Below the pieces are notes generated by a model. That model saw only the letters and a list, made by a program, of their open reading frames with translations. It was not told where the DNA came from and did not search any database. From the IMG/VR virus record IMGVR_UViG_3300005573_000058, positions 1 through 64,000 of that record: a stretch of DNA of 64,000 nucleotides; one strand, 5' to 3'. The translations under genes were made by a program, and so were the position numbers. The DNA is from a virus. Below, in pieces: positions 51,964 to 61,535 of this stretch. The number at the start of each line of letters is the position of its first letter. Positions within the stretch are counted from its first letter, which is position 1.

Positions 51964-54068
51964 TAAAAAATTCTCCTACTTATATGTCCCTTTCTTTTAT
52001 AAAAAGAAGATGATCTTACATTCGAAATATCTCTTTTTGTAAATTTTACTAATTTTATATTATTATCGTTTGCAATAGGTAAATCATCTTTATTTGCCTC
52101 ATTAACACTTTGTGCATTCGTTACTATCTTTTGACTGTATGGTATCCCCAAATTATTAACTGCCTGTTGTATCTTTTGAGATGCTATATCAGATGTTGAA
52201 TCAATTTCTAATGTTTTCTTAGTAGTTTCAACTTCTTGTCCTTTTTTTAATATATTAACAACTCTAATATCATTAAAAACATTTATACCTCTATCTTTAA
52301 CTTTTAAAGAATACACAGAATGATTCATAATATAAGCAAAAAAAGATAACATTAAAGCATAAATAGAATGACAATTTTCATCTTCATATATTGGTATATT
52401 TAATGGACCTGTTTTTTTAACTCTTAAATTACGCATTTCATATGCTAATAGACCTATATTATCTTCAGATGATGACATTCTAAATTTTCTCATCGATAAT
52501 AACCTACTAAACATCTCTACCATTAGCGGTTTTATCACCTTTTTCACAGCTTTTCTTGCTGCATAATCCCATATTTCAACCAATCTACCAAACTCAATAG
52601 CAACTACTTTTTTCTCAAAATCAACAATATTACGCTTTTTAGCAAGATTTTTCAAGTCTTCTATAGCAGTATGACCATAACCATAATCAACATAGATATA
52701 TTCACAAGGAAACTTTTCATTTAATCTTAATATCTCTTCTATTGTTTTATCCTGAACAAAACTGTTGCCTTGTATTATTTTATGATAAACAACCCTAAAA
52801 ATATTCTTATTTTTCATGTATTCCAACACAACTATCCTATCACCAACCTTTGGAGTATTCCAGTCAACTCCCATAAAATATAAATTATCTTTATCATATA
52901 CCATATCCTCATATTTATATCTATACAATGATGCATTAATATCATCATGACTAAAAACACCTTCAACCTCATCACCAAATTCAGCCTCATATTCTCTTTC
53001 ATATACCCACGGTGTTGCTGCATACAACCTTTTGTAAAATCTTTCTCTTTCTATAGTCCAATTAGGGTTGGCTTCATAAACAGTTAAATGTTTTGTCCAA
53101 AATCCTAATTCAGGTTTAGTTTGTGTGTCATAAAAGAACGACCTTTTACCTGATGGAGTAGATGAAACAATTAATTTCATATCTTTAGAACCAGATATAA
53201 TAGCTAAAATAGTACCAAGAGTCTCAGATGATATAAAATCGGCCTCATCTATAATCATTAATTCAGCATCTGAACCCCTAAGAGTCGCACCTTTCGTACT
53301 TCTTTCAGCTGTTGTAAAACCCTTTATATAACTACCATTTCTAAATGAAATCTCAAATGGATTTCTTTTTCTAAAGACCATCATACTAGATTTAATCAAA
53401 GGAGAATTAGAAACTAACCTAAATATAATATCCCATAATACTCTAACTTGAGATTCATACGGAGCCAATAAAACTACTTTCTTATTATTTTGAGTAGCAC
53501 AATACCATAAAGCAAAAACAGCAATAGCAACACTTTTACCACATCTTCTTGCTATTCGTAATGAAACTTTATCATGAACTTTCATTGCATAAATAACTTC
53601 TTTCTGCCATGCTCTTAATTTCAATGGCTCTTTAACGCTATCAGGATCAGTCAAAATAGTCTCAGCCCATTTAACTGGATCATTTAAAATATTGACATAT
53701 GCTTTTAAATAATCTTTGTCTATATTATCTATACTCCCACTTGCATATTTAACATCCCGTATATTACCACCCTTTTGTATAACATTCAATAAATTATTAT
53801 CTTCTTTTAAAAAATCTAATAAAAGATCTGATTCAATTCGTCCATAAGTATTTCTTTCTTTTTGTGTAACATCATTACTAAGTATTCTTCTAATTCTTGT
53901 AGCAAACCAAGAAATAAGATTATCAGGATAAGGACCGTTTTTTAATAACTTTTTAAGATCTTCAATAGGAAGAAATGCATTCTCAAAGATAATCTTTCTA
54001 TCTTCCTCTGATATAGAATTAAGACCTGTTGTATCATACAATGTATCATATTTTCTATTTACTCTCAT
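51963..54068 (-). CDS. terL: Terminase large subunit, 701 aa
   Basis: LRAWQ Q-motif, Walker A ARRCGKS, Walker B MIIDEAD, SSTP, REYEAEF, RNase H-like GVDW. Confidence 0.95.
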   Translation of the reverse strand: MRVNRKYDTLYDTTGLNSISEEDRKIIFENAFLPIEDLKKLLKNGPYPDNLISWFATRIRRILSNDVTQKERNTYGRIESDLLLDFLKEDNNLLNVIQKGGNIRDVKYASGSIDNIDKDYLKAYVNILNDPVKWAETILTDPDSVKEPLKLRAWQKEVIYAMKVHDKVSLRIARRCGKSVAIAVFALWYCATQNNKKVVLLAPYESQVRVLWDIIFRLVSNSPLIKSSMMVFRKRNPFEISFRNGSYIKGFTTAERSTKGATLRGSDAELMIIDEADFISSETLGTILAIISGSKDMKLIVSSTPSGKRSFFYDTQTKPELGFWTKHLTVYEANPNWTIERERFYKRLYAATPWVYEREYEAEFGDEVEGVFSHDDINASLYRYKYEDMVYDKDNLYFMGVDWNTPKVGDRIVVLEYMKNKNIFRVVYHKIIQGNSFVQDKTIEEILRLNEKFPCEYIYVDYGYGHTAIEDLKNLAKKRNIVDFEKKVVAIEFGRLVEIWDYAARKAVKKVIKPLMVEMFSRLLSMRKFRMSSSEDNIGLLAYEMRNLRVKKTGPLNIPIYEDENCHSIYALMLSFFAYIMNHSVYSLKVKDRGINVFNDIRVVNILKKGQEVETTKKTLEIDSTSDIASQKIQQAVNNLGIPYSQKIVTNAQSVNEANKDDLPIANDNNIKLVKFTKRDISNVRSSSFYKRKGHISRRIF

Positions 54069-55042
54069 ATAGCATTAACAGCATTATGCATCAATGATGC
54101 TTCTTCTCCTAAATAATTTCTAACACTTAATCCTGCAACTTGCATTGCTTGTAAAGCTGCTTGTCTTTCTGTAACAGCCTGTTGAGTTACAAAAGCAGAT
54201 TCTAGATAACCACCTACTTCTGTTCTTCTTATTTTATTTGCTATAGTATTAAGACCTCTACTTGCAGCTTCAACTGTACCAAAAACAGTATTTACAGCAA
54301 ATTTACTTACATCATAAACATTAAGAGCAGTAAGACCATATCCTACAAGCCTTGCAAAACCCATTAATGCAGGAAGGTATTTAGGTACCCCAATTTGAGT
54401 TACCTTTCCAATCTCTGTCTTTGCTGCTTTATAAAGTTTAAGTTCTTTTACAACTTTTTCCTTTGCTAACATTTCTTCTATTTTTCCTTTTTCAAAAAAC
54501 TTTCCACCAAATAAAATCGTTTTAATAGACGATGGTGCTTCTTTAGTTCCAAATATAAATTTATGTAACCAACTAGGTTGAAAAACTTCTTTACCCCCCT
54601 CTGTTATTTTTTTTCCTAATAACCATTCTGCTGTTGTTCTTAAAAATCCTCCTTCCGTTGTAACTTTACTAATTCTTTCAGCCAAACTTTGACTCAAAGA
54701 TGCTGCTACTCCTCCTGCTGCTTCAAATATTTGTCTACCACCAGGAATATACCATAAAAGACCACCAAACTGTAACGGCGCTTTTCCTGCTCCAAATCTT
54801 AACAGTCCTAATGTTTTCCAAGGCATTCTATAATACCAAAAAACAGAAGCAACAGGGTTTCTTAAACCCCAAGTCCAAAAACCTTTTTTGACACCAAAAA
54901 CATTACCAAAAACTCCTGTATTACCTTGAATAAATCTTCTATATCGTTCCCTAGCTAAATCAGGATCTGAAACTTTAACATCAGAAACTATTGTTGATGT
55001 AATTGAAGGAGGAGGTTCAAAAATATTTTTATCGTAAAACAT
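54065..55042 (-). CDS. Hypothetical Gly-rich protein, possibly internal virion protein, 325 aa
   Basis: ORF track; amphipathic, hydrophobic segments. Confidence 0.55.
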   Translation of the reverse strand: MFYDKNIFEPPPSITSTIVSDVKVSDPDLARERYRRFIQGNTGVFGNVFGVKKGFWTWGLRNPVASVFWYYRMPWKTLGLLRFGAGKAPLQFGGLLWYIPGGRQIFEAAGGVAASLSQSLAERISKVTTEGGFLRTTAEWLLGKKITEGGKEVFQPSWLHKFIFGTKEAPSSIKTILFGGKFFEKGKIEEMLAKEKVVKELKLYKAAKTEIGKVTQIGVPKYLPALMGFARLVGYGLTALNVYDVSKFAVNTVFGTVEAASRGLNTIANKIRRTEVGGYLESAFVTQQAVTERQAALQAMQVAGLSVRNYLGEEASLMHNAVNAI

Positions 55043-55049
55043 CTATCTG

Positions 55050-55325
55050 TTATTTATTCAACCAACCGCGATGTCTTAAACTATATAATGAATTTGTCAA
55101 TCCTACGGTTGATCTAGTTAAAGGATTATAAGTAGAAGAATTAGTATATACAAAATAACCAACACCAGTTCCTGGAGAATTTTGTATCGTTAAAGGATTT
55201 GTTAATTTACGTCTTAACTCATCTTTCCTAATAATATTTTTAGCAGCAATACCTGCACCTAATAAAAACATAGCAGATATTCCAATTCCTCCTGCAAATT
55301 TAACCATCGATGGTGTTATTTTCAT
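55050..55325 (-). CDS. Small protein with an N-terminal hydrophobic helix, 91 aa
   Basis: FAGGIGISAMFLLGAGIAA. Confidence 0.6.
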   Translation of the reverse strand: MKITPSMVKFAGGIGISAMFLLGAGIAAKNIIRKDELRRKLTNPLTIQNSPGTGVGYFVYTNSSTYNPLTRSTVGLTNSLYSLRHRGWLNK

Positions 55326-56344
55326 GCTACACCTCCAAGTCTATTCATATACATTTTAGCATTAAAAGCATAAGTTCCAAGATGTCCTTTTGAATAATCT
55401 GTTGAAATCAAACTATTAGATAATCTTGCTGTAGCATTTAAATTAACATTAACATCACTGCCATAGTAATTTAACATTGTATTAGCAACTATAGGGTTCA
55501 ACCCATCTACTACAGCATCATTTTTCATATATTGATTAATTTCTAATGCTTGTCCTTGCAATGCCAAAGCATCTTTACCTGAACCAAATGGAGTGTATCT
55601 TCTTCTCATTTCTTCTGTCATATATCCTCTATTTTGTTCCATATCAAAATAACCTCTATTCCTCTGAGGTATATTATCAACAGCATAATGACCTTCTATG
55701 GCATTAGATATTCTTCTAAATACCCATCTACCAATATAAAGAGCACCAAAAACTGCTACTGGAATAGCCCAAGTTGGTGATATAGGTATCTTGCCTAATG
55801 TTGTCTTTAATATTTCACCTATCGGCTTAACAAAATTTTTAGCTTTAGTAGCAATAGTTCCTAACATCTTTTGAACTTTTTGACTAGCAAAAATAGAGGT
55901 AGCTGTCGCTGCAACATCAGTTGCTCCTTCCACTGTCTTTTCTGTTGCCCTAACTGCCTCGGCTGTTTCAGTTGTTTTTGTTATTGTTTCCTTTTTACCT
56001 TTTACTCTTCCTTGTGAATCAACAACAAACTTTCTTTCGGTAATCTCTTCCAACAACTTCGCTCTTTTCTTTTCCCATTCTTCTGTACCCTCTTTCAATT
56101 CACCTACCCTTTCTGAAAAGGATTTTGTTGTTTCATAAGGTATTTTCTTCTCTACATTTCTAGCAGTAATTGTAGCTTCTCTAAATGAATTTCTTTTTAA
56201 AACAGAACTAACTTCTTCTTCTACTCTTTTAACCCTTTCCATCATTCTTGCATAATTTAATTCAAATTTAAGTAAAAATATCTTATTTCTATACTCATTT
56301 CTATACTCAGGAATCCTAGAACGTAAAAGATTAATTTTTACCAT
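55322..56344 (-). CDS. Hypothetical protein with a central hydrophobic helix, 340 aa
   Basis: WAIPVAVFGALYIG; T/A/E-rich linker. Confidence 0.6.
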   Translation of the reverse strand: MVKINLLRSRIPEYRNEYRNKIFLLKFELNYARMMERVKRVEEEVSSVLKRNSFREATITARNVEKKIPYETTKSFSERVGELKEGTEEWEKKRAKLLEEITERKFVVDSQGRVKGKKETITKTTETAEAVRATEKTVEGATDVAATATSIFASQKVQKMLGTIATKAKNFVKPIGEILKTTLGKIPISPTWAIPVAVFGALYIGRWVFRRISNAIEGHYAVDNIPQRNRGYFDMEQNRGYMTEEMRRRYTPFGSGKDALALQGQALEINQYMKNDAVVDGLNPIVANTMLNYYGSDVNVNLNATARLSNSLISTDYSKGHLGTYAFNAKMYMNRLGGVA

Positions 56345-56346
56345 AA

Positions 56347-57519
56347 TTAATTATCAATATTACTGGAATATGGTCTATATGAAAAATTTAATAGTTCTAA
56401 ATATTTTTTATCAACAGTCGATATAAATTCATCTATTTTTAATCTTAATTTATCATCTGTTATCTTATGTTCATCATAGAAGAAACCAACCTCTACAATA
56501 TCATTTACAATATCAAGATAAAATCTTTTATCATCCAATAATTCTAAAAACTTAGATGTTGATTTACCTGCTATTCTACCATTCAAACTGTTGTTATTTA
56601 TAAATATAACAAAATTTCTTATTATATTCTGTATATTTTCATCTGAACATAACTCAACAACAGTATCTATAATACCATTCTGATATTCAAAAAATGTAGA
56701 ACTTAAAAATGATTTAAACATATTTATAGATTCTGCTTCTTTATTATTTTTGTTATTTTTTACAACATTCATAACAACGTTACTATCATCCTGTAGTATA
56801 GATTTTGCTTCTGTTTTATTTAGCTTTTCTAATAATTGCTTCCTTTCATCTTGTGCTTCTTTAGAATATGTTAACATCGTTTCTTCATCATTATATTCTA
56901 CTGAAATTAAATCTTTAGATTTACTAACAATTTCTGCTAATGCAGAAAGAGGATCTTTAACATCTTTCATTTTCTCTACAACTTTTGCTCTTCTTGTAGC
57001 AATAAATTCATTTAAGATCTTTATTTTTCTATCTTGTAATCTTAACTTAAGATCAATAACAGGATTTATTACTTCATCATATTCTACAGACTTAGTAACT
57101 GGGTTGACAGTTTTAGGTATACGTTTTATTAAATTTTCTTCAAGAGATGGACCTACTGTTCTCCATATATCTAACAATTGTATTTCAACAAGATCATTAA
57201 TAAGCATTTCTTCTGCTTTCGTTTGTGGTTGTATATCAATATCAGATAATAATGATTCTCTAATCTTCATTATCAATATTGCTTCAATCGGACAGTATTT
57301 ACCTTTAACTTTTTCTATTTCCTCATCGTTATTGTATATAGGACAGTAAGCTTTATTTTCACATGCATCTGCCAAGCAAATCTTAGGAAGAACTTTTGCA
57401 GATATCATGTGTTCAACCATATTATTGATATTATTTACAAGATCAGTATTAAAATATACACCAGATATTAATTCTAAATTATATTTATCTTTTATATTAA
57501 TATCCTGGGACATCGACAT
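56347..57519 (-). CDS. Possible terminase small subunit-like protein with a Cys cluster, 390 aa
   Basis: C-x3-C-x5-CP..CP cluster; VINPVIDL..ILNEFIATR resembles the TerS 'NP..L.LT' pattern; upstream of terL. Confidence 0.4.
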   Translation of the reverse strand: MSMSQDINIKDKYNLELISGVYFNTDLVNNINNMVEHMISAKVLPKICLADACENKAYCPIYNNDEEIEKVKGKYCPIEAILIMKIRESLLSDIDIQPQTKAEEMLINDLVEIQLLDIWRTVGPSLEENLIKRIPKTVNPVTKSVEYDEVINPVIDLKLRLQDRKIKILNEFIATRRAKVVEKMKDVKDPLSALAEIVSKSKDLISVEYNDEETMLTYSKEAQDERKQLLEKLNKTEAKSILQDDSNVVMNVVKNNKNNKEAESINMFKSFLSSTFFEYQNGIIDTVVELCSDENIQNIIRNFVIFINNNSLNGRIAGKSTSKFLELLDDKRFYLDIVNDIVEVGFFYDEHKITDDKLRLKIDEFISTVDKKYLELLNFSYRPYSSNIDN

Positions 57520-58210
57520 CCTCTTTTTTATAATAGCGTTTGTATTTCATTCCATCAATAATAAGATCATATGATTTAAATGAGAGAAAGTTTAAATTTA
57601 TACTATTATAAAAGTCTTTATCAGATTTTAATAAATCAATATGTAACAAGTCTACTACATCTTTTCTAAGTTGAGATATACTAAGACCTGATGGACAACT
57701 TTTTCTACGTAATTTAATACCATCTTTAACATACCATCCAGTAGTTTCCAAATTTCTATGACCAAAGATAGTAAAAAATGGATTTAGAGAAAACTCAACA
57801 CATAACATAGCAACATAATATACAAGTGCTCTATATGTATCAGGTTTCAAATTCTCTATATTTTTATAATCTAAACATATATTATATGAACATTTATTCC
57901 ATGGTCCAACAGCATATACAATATCTTCTGGAAATGCTGTTTCATATATAACAGTTTTACGAGCTGTTTTTTCGATATAAGAATGATAACATATAGAAGG
58001 ACAACCTTCAGCACATACATGACAACCTGGCGATGTATGATACTTTGCTATTTTATAAACATCTGCTTCATCTTGGTTATCATCATCTGCTGAATTATGA
58101 ATAACTATCATGGTAATGTCATCTTTAGAACGTTTTTTAATTTTTTCTTCTTTACGAGGAAGTTCAGCTATTATATTTTTTACATTTTTTCTAAAATCTA
58201 GTATATTCAT
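57497..58210 (-). CDS. N-acetylmuramoyl-L-alanine amidase (endolysin, Amidase_2)
   Basis: IVIHNS, ICYHSYI, GHRNL and KSCP Zn-ligand motifs. Confidence 0.85.
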   Translation of the reverse strand: MNILDFRKNVKNIIAELPRKEEKIKKRSKDDITMIVIHNSADDDNQDEADVYKIAKYHTSPGCHVCAEGCPSICYHSYIEKTARKTVIYETAFPEDIVYAVGPWNKCSYNICLDYKNIENLKPDTYRALVYYVAMLCVEFSLNPFFTIFGHRNLETTGWYVKDGIKLRRKSCPSGLSISQLRKDVVDLLHIDLLKSDKDFYNSINLNFLSFKSYDLIIDGMKYKRYYKKEDVDVPGY

Positions 58211-58220
58211 ATTAACCTAC

Positions 58221-58406
58221 CTAACAAGCTGCAGGAGGTTCTTCTTCTATATCTTCTGTTCTTTCATCTAAATCAATAGGACATTTATCTATTAATTTAA
58301 TTAACTTCTCTTTAATCAACATAACAACTTGAATATCTGATACTCTAATCTGAGCGGTATCAAGTAATAACAATATAGCCTTAACATCTTCTTTATTTAA
58401 CCTCAT
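58221..58406 (-). CDS. Hypothetical protein, 61 aa
   Basis: ORF track; GGAGG upstream. Confidence 0.6.
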   Translation of the reverse strand: MRLNKEDVKAILLLLDTAQIRVSDIQVVMLIKEKLIKLIDKCPIDLDERTEDIEEEPPAAC

Positions 58407-58408
58407 TA

Positions 58409-58681
58409 TTATTTTCCTCCTTCTTTTCCATTTTCCTGTTTATTATTACCATTATTTTTCATAAAAATAAAATCCTGTGTTACATTCAATCCCATAAATA
58501 CCCCTGCTATTACAAAAATGTATGGAGTTATATATTTTAGAAAATCTAAAATCAATTCATTTTTACTAATCAAAAAGAACCATAGAACAGGAGTATAAAT
58601 CCAGAATACAAAAAGCATCAGTGTGAAAAATTTTCTACCCCATTTCTTGATAAAATCAGAATACATAATTATCTCCACCAC
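58409..58681 (-). CDS. Putative holin (2 TM)
   Basis: RKF followed by two hydrophobic helices, FMGLNV and a charged tail; next to the amidase. Confidence 0.6.
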   Translation of the reverse strand: MVEIIMYSDFIKKWGRKFFTLMLFVFWIYTPVLWFFLISKNELILDFLKYITPYIFVIAGVFMGLNVTQDFIFMKNNGNNKQENGKEGGK

Positions 58682-59049
58682 ATATTAAATAACACAATTA
58701 ACGTTCCTAATATCAACAGTCCATACACCATGCCAAAAAAATCATGCTTAAGATCATCCCATGAAAAACCAGTTTTTCTTACGAATCTATCAAACATTTC
58801 TTTCATAAGACCTACAACAAAAGTAAGTAAAAATGCAAACTTAAATGACAGCTCAACACCAAGTTTAAAAATTGGTACATAATAAAGAACAAAAAATAGA
58901 ACAAAGAATAAAATAAAACTCACTAAAACATGTAAAAACTGATCAACTCTTGCACTACGTAATGCTCTAATCTCTTGTTTCATATAATTTACAACAAAAA
59001 ACAAAATTATAAATGTTGCTACGATTCTAAATAAAATATCTGTTAACAT
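58669..59049 (-). CDS. Membrane protein, DUF2279/YfiM (VanZ-like) type
   Basis: DQFLH..GLMKEMFD..GFSWDDLKHDFFG motif; several TM segments. Confidence 0.6.
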   Translation of the reverse strand: MLTDILFRIVATFIILFFVVNYMKQEIRALRSARVDQFLHVLVSFILFFVLFFVLYYVPIFKLGVELSFKFAFLLTFVVGLMKEMFDRFVRKTGFSWDDLKHDFFGMVYGLLILGTLIVLFNMWWR

Positions 59050-59072
59050 AATAACCTCCTTCTTTATTAATG

Positions 59073-59534
59073 TTATTTACTTTCACTTGACATTCCATGA
59101 TATATCGATATTGTACCCTTCTTATTATTGCTATAAACAACAGCTTCAATATAAAGAACAAGACTAAAAGGCATACCTAATTCATCTAATGATATAAGAG
59201 TATAACCATTTTTAAATGTATACGTATTAAATTCTTTTAACTTATTTAAAACATAAGTTGAATCAAGAGCAGTAGTATAAGATGATTTAAAAATACACTT
59301 AACACTGTCAATAGTATCATTTACAACGACAGCAATAGAATGAAACTGATAAAGTTCATAATCTGTAATAGGACCAAATAAAACAGTATCATTTGAATTT
59401 ACACTATAATTACTACATATTTGATCAACTTTCCATGATGTTGATACTGGCGTTTTCCAATTAGATAAATAATTTTTTTGAATATTTTTTGAATACTTTG
59501 TTGTATTACATAAAAGAAACAATAAATATAACAT
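59073..59534 (-). CDS. Putative exported protein (short hydrophobic N-terminus ending in Cys), 153 aa
   Basis: MLYLLFLLC; GGAGG RBS. Confidence 0.55.
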   Translation of the reverse strand: MLYLLFLLCNTTKYSKNIQKNYLSNWKTPVSTSWKVDQICSNYSVNSNDTVLFGPITDYELYQFHSIAVVVNDTIDSVKCIFKSSYTTALDSTYVLNKLKEFNTYTFKNGYTLISLDELGMPFSLVLYIEAVVYSNNKKGTISIYHGMSSESK

Positions 59535-59548
59535 TTATACCTCCATCA

Positions 59549-60115
59549 TTAATATTTTTTCTTCATAAGAATATAATTTACTCTACCTGTATATACAAGA
59601 GCCGTTGTAACTACCACACTATCAGTCTTTGTATATCCACCTACTGCAATAGGTGTTTCGCTTGCACAAGAGACAACAACAATCCAGGAAGTATCAACTC
59701 CTGCTAAATATCTTGCTTTTCTCGTTTCTGCATTGAAATACATCGTATCACAAAGGTATGAGGAACCACCAATTTGTCCCATTTTTGAAACACTAAAATG
59801 ATAAGAACCAGCTGTATCTCCAACCACAAGAGAACTTTTGCAAAATAAAGTATCCCAAACACATAATTTTGTAAAAGCGTGTATAATACTTCCAATTTGT
59901 AGATAACCATCTTTTATATACACCACATCTCCCCAAGAAGGATTAGTAGGATTATATTTAAGGATAAGTGAATTGTTGTAAACATATTTAAATTGTAAAG
60001 TGTCAACATAAAAACTATCGTTCAAAGATGAAGAATGTATATCTATTTTGTCCTGCACATAATCACTATTGATACTACGACTAGCCCACGAAAAAATAAA
60101 TAACAAATAAATCAT
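59549..60115 (-). CDS. Putative exported beta-rich protein, 188 aa
   Basis: MIYLLFIFSWA signal-like N-terminus; GGAGG RBS. Confidence 0.55.
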   Translation of the reverse strand: MIYLLFIFSWASRSINSDYVQDKIDIHSSSLNDSFYVDTLQFKYVYNNSLILKYNPTNPSWGDVVYIKDGYLQIGSIIHAFTKLCVWDTLFCKSSLVVGDTAGSYHFSVSKMGQIGGSSYLCDTMYFNAETRKARYLAGVDTSWIVVVSCASETPIAVGGYTKTDSVVVTTALVYTGRVNYILMKKKY

Positions 60116-60141
60116 AATTTATACCTCCTACTATTTATTAT

Positions 60142-60220
60142 ACAGAACCCCCCACCCACACCAGGTGGTCCTGATGCTTGTCTTGTTGTATACAACAAGA
60201 TGATATGGTAGAGGTTCTGT
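60142..60220 (-). ncRNA. Candidate structured RNA element (three-way junction)
   Basis: Long closing stem with G-U pairs on the minus strand plus two internal hairpins. Confidence 0.4.
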
Positions 60221-60699
60221 CATTGTTTTTTACTATCGTCATAAATTATTGTTCCAACAAGCTTGTAAAAAAATTTATTCCAAAAATCAATATCACCAAT
60301 ATTATCTTTAAAAGTAACAACGCCATACACAAGTCCATACCTCTTCGCTAGTTCTTTTTTAAATTTATCTCTCTTTATCTGTTCAATAAAATTATTCTGA
60401 TTTATAAAAAATGTCTTTGTATTAACAAAATGTTGCATACCATGTACCTCAATAACTAGATTATACTTAGGAATGAAAAAATCATATCTAATGTTTATAC
60501 CATTATCAACAAAGTCTTTGAACATAACTTCTTCATAAACTTCATTTCTACCACCTACTAATCTTCTCAATATTGTACCAACAGCTCTTTGTAATCTACT
60601 ATGTTCTTTTATAGCTTCTTTGTCACAGTAAAATTTATATATACCGTATTCATGATAACTATTATTTAGATCGTTTTTATCATTTCTTTTTCTTGTCAT
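60220..60699 (-). CDS. Vsr/DUF559-like PD-(D/E)xK endonuclease (start revised to ATG 60699)
   Basis: RYDFFIP..LVIEVHGMQH..QIKRDKFK; TGCTATAAT 7 nt before ATG 60699. Confidence 0.75.
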   Translation of the reverse strand: MTRKRNDKNDLNNSYHEYGIYKFYCDKEAIKEHSRLQRAVGTILRRLVGGRNEVYEEVMFKDFVDNGINIRYDFFIPKYNLVIEVHGMQHFVNTKTFFINQNNFIEQIKRDKFKKELAKRYGLVYGVVTFKDNIGDIDFWNKFFYKLVGTIIYDDSKKQ

Positions 60700-61372
60700 C
60701 ACATGTATTATAGCACAAAACTGCATCATCTTTATGCATGTTAAAATAATTTTCTATTCTATATTCTATCTCTTTAACTTTATAGTAATAATCATAGTTT
60801 TCTTTGTAATATCTACCTGCATAATATCTTGCTATACCATCTTTTTCGCCATATCTGCTAATTAAATATTTTAAATGTTTACACCCTGTTCTAATATTAA
60901 GTTCTATATCAAATAACTGTTGTTCATTTAACTGCTCATCATGATATAACTGAGCTGTTGTATACATCAATTGCATAAGTCCTCTTGCGCCACAAGATGA
61001 AACTGCTGTCATATCAAAATCTGATTCAACTTGTATAACAGCTATAACAAGAGATGTATTTAGATCATATTCTTTAGATATGTTATAACATAACACAACG
61101 ATATTAGATATATAATCATATGAATAAAAACTGTATTCAGATTTTATATAATTAGCATATAATATCATGTTTATAAGATCAGATTTTGATACATATAGAT
61201 CAGAATTAAGATCGTTTATACTAACAGACCTATTTAACATTCTAACGTCTTCTTTTAGTTCATTAAATTGAACAACAATTTTAACAAGTAAAAATAAATT
61301 TAAAAATAACAAAATATATATTAAAATTTTATTAATTTTACTAAATTTTGTGTTTTCTTTTCTCATATGCAT
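60680..61372 (-). CDS. Membrane-anchored lytic transglycosylase (SLT domain), 230 aa
   Basis: AVIQVESDF, GARGLMQLM, NIRTGCKHL, RYYAG; N-terminal TM helix. Confidence 0.9.
   Translation of the reverse strand: MHMRKENTKFSKINKILIYILLFLNLFLLVKIVVQFNELKEDVRMLNRSVSINDLNSDLYVSKSDLINMILYANYIKSEYSFYSYDYISNIVVLCYNISKEYDLNTSLVIAVIQVESDFDMTAVSSCGARGLMQLMYTTAQLYHDEQLNEQQLFDIELNIRTGCKHLKYLISRYGEKDGIARYYAGRYYKENYDYYYKVKEIEYRIENYFNMHKDDAVLCYNTCDDKKKK
60707..60715 (-). promoter_or_regulatory. Extended -10 promoter TGCTATAAT inside the 3' end of the SLT gene
   Basis: Exact motif, 7 nt before the ATG. Confidence 0.6.
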
Positions 61373-61535
61373 ACCTCGCCCTTAAAGATTTAATTGCATT
61401 TTTCTTTGCCAACGATGTACCAACAACTTTACCTGTATCTTTCCTGACTATTTTCCACTTTCTTTTACCTCTGTCTTTTTTAATAACCCATGGCGGAGGA
61501 GATGATGAAGGAGGAGAAGAAGGAGGAGGAGTCAT
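61341..61535 (-). CDS. Small basic protein, 64 aa
   Basis: GGGAGG RBS; TAATG coupling to the upstream mini-ORF; PW..KW.IV..DTG.VVG motif. Confidence 0.65.
   Translation of the reverse strand: MTPPPSSPPSSSPPPWVIKKDRGKRKWKIVRKDTGKVVGTSLAKKNAIKSLRARYAYEKRKHKI

Noticed and set aside
51963-54068. Intein or intron in terL (also checked in portal and MCP)
   Set aside because: Motif spacing is continuous; no C..HN splice motifs or LAGLIDADG blocks seen
56750-57349. 199-aa plus-strand ORF and other plus-strand ORFs (e.g. 14030, 24390, 44050, 12122)
   Set aside because: Antisense shadows of real minus-strand genes with S/F/I/L-rich composition and no RBS
60142-60220. tRNA or intrinsic terminator
   Set aside because: No cloverleaf, T-loop or CCA end, and no U-tract after the stem
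60700-60729. Longer start of the endonuclease ORF
   Set aside because: Spans the TGCTATAAT motif; ATG 60699 fits the leaderless pattern
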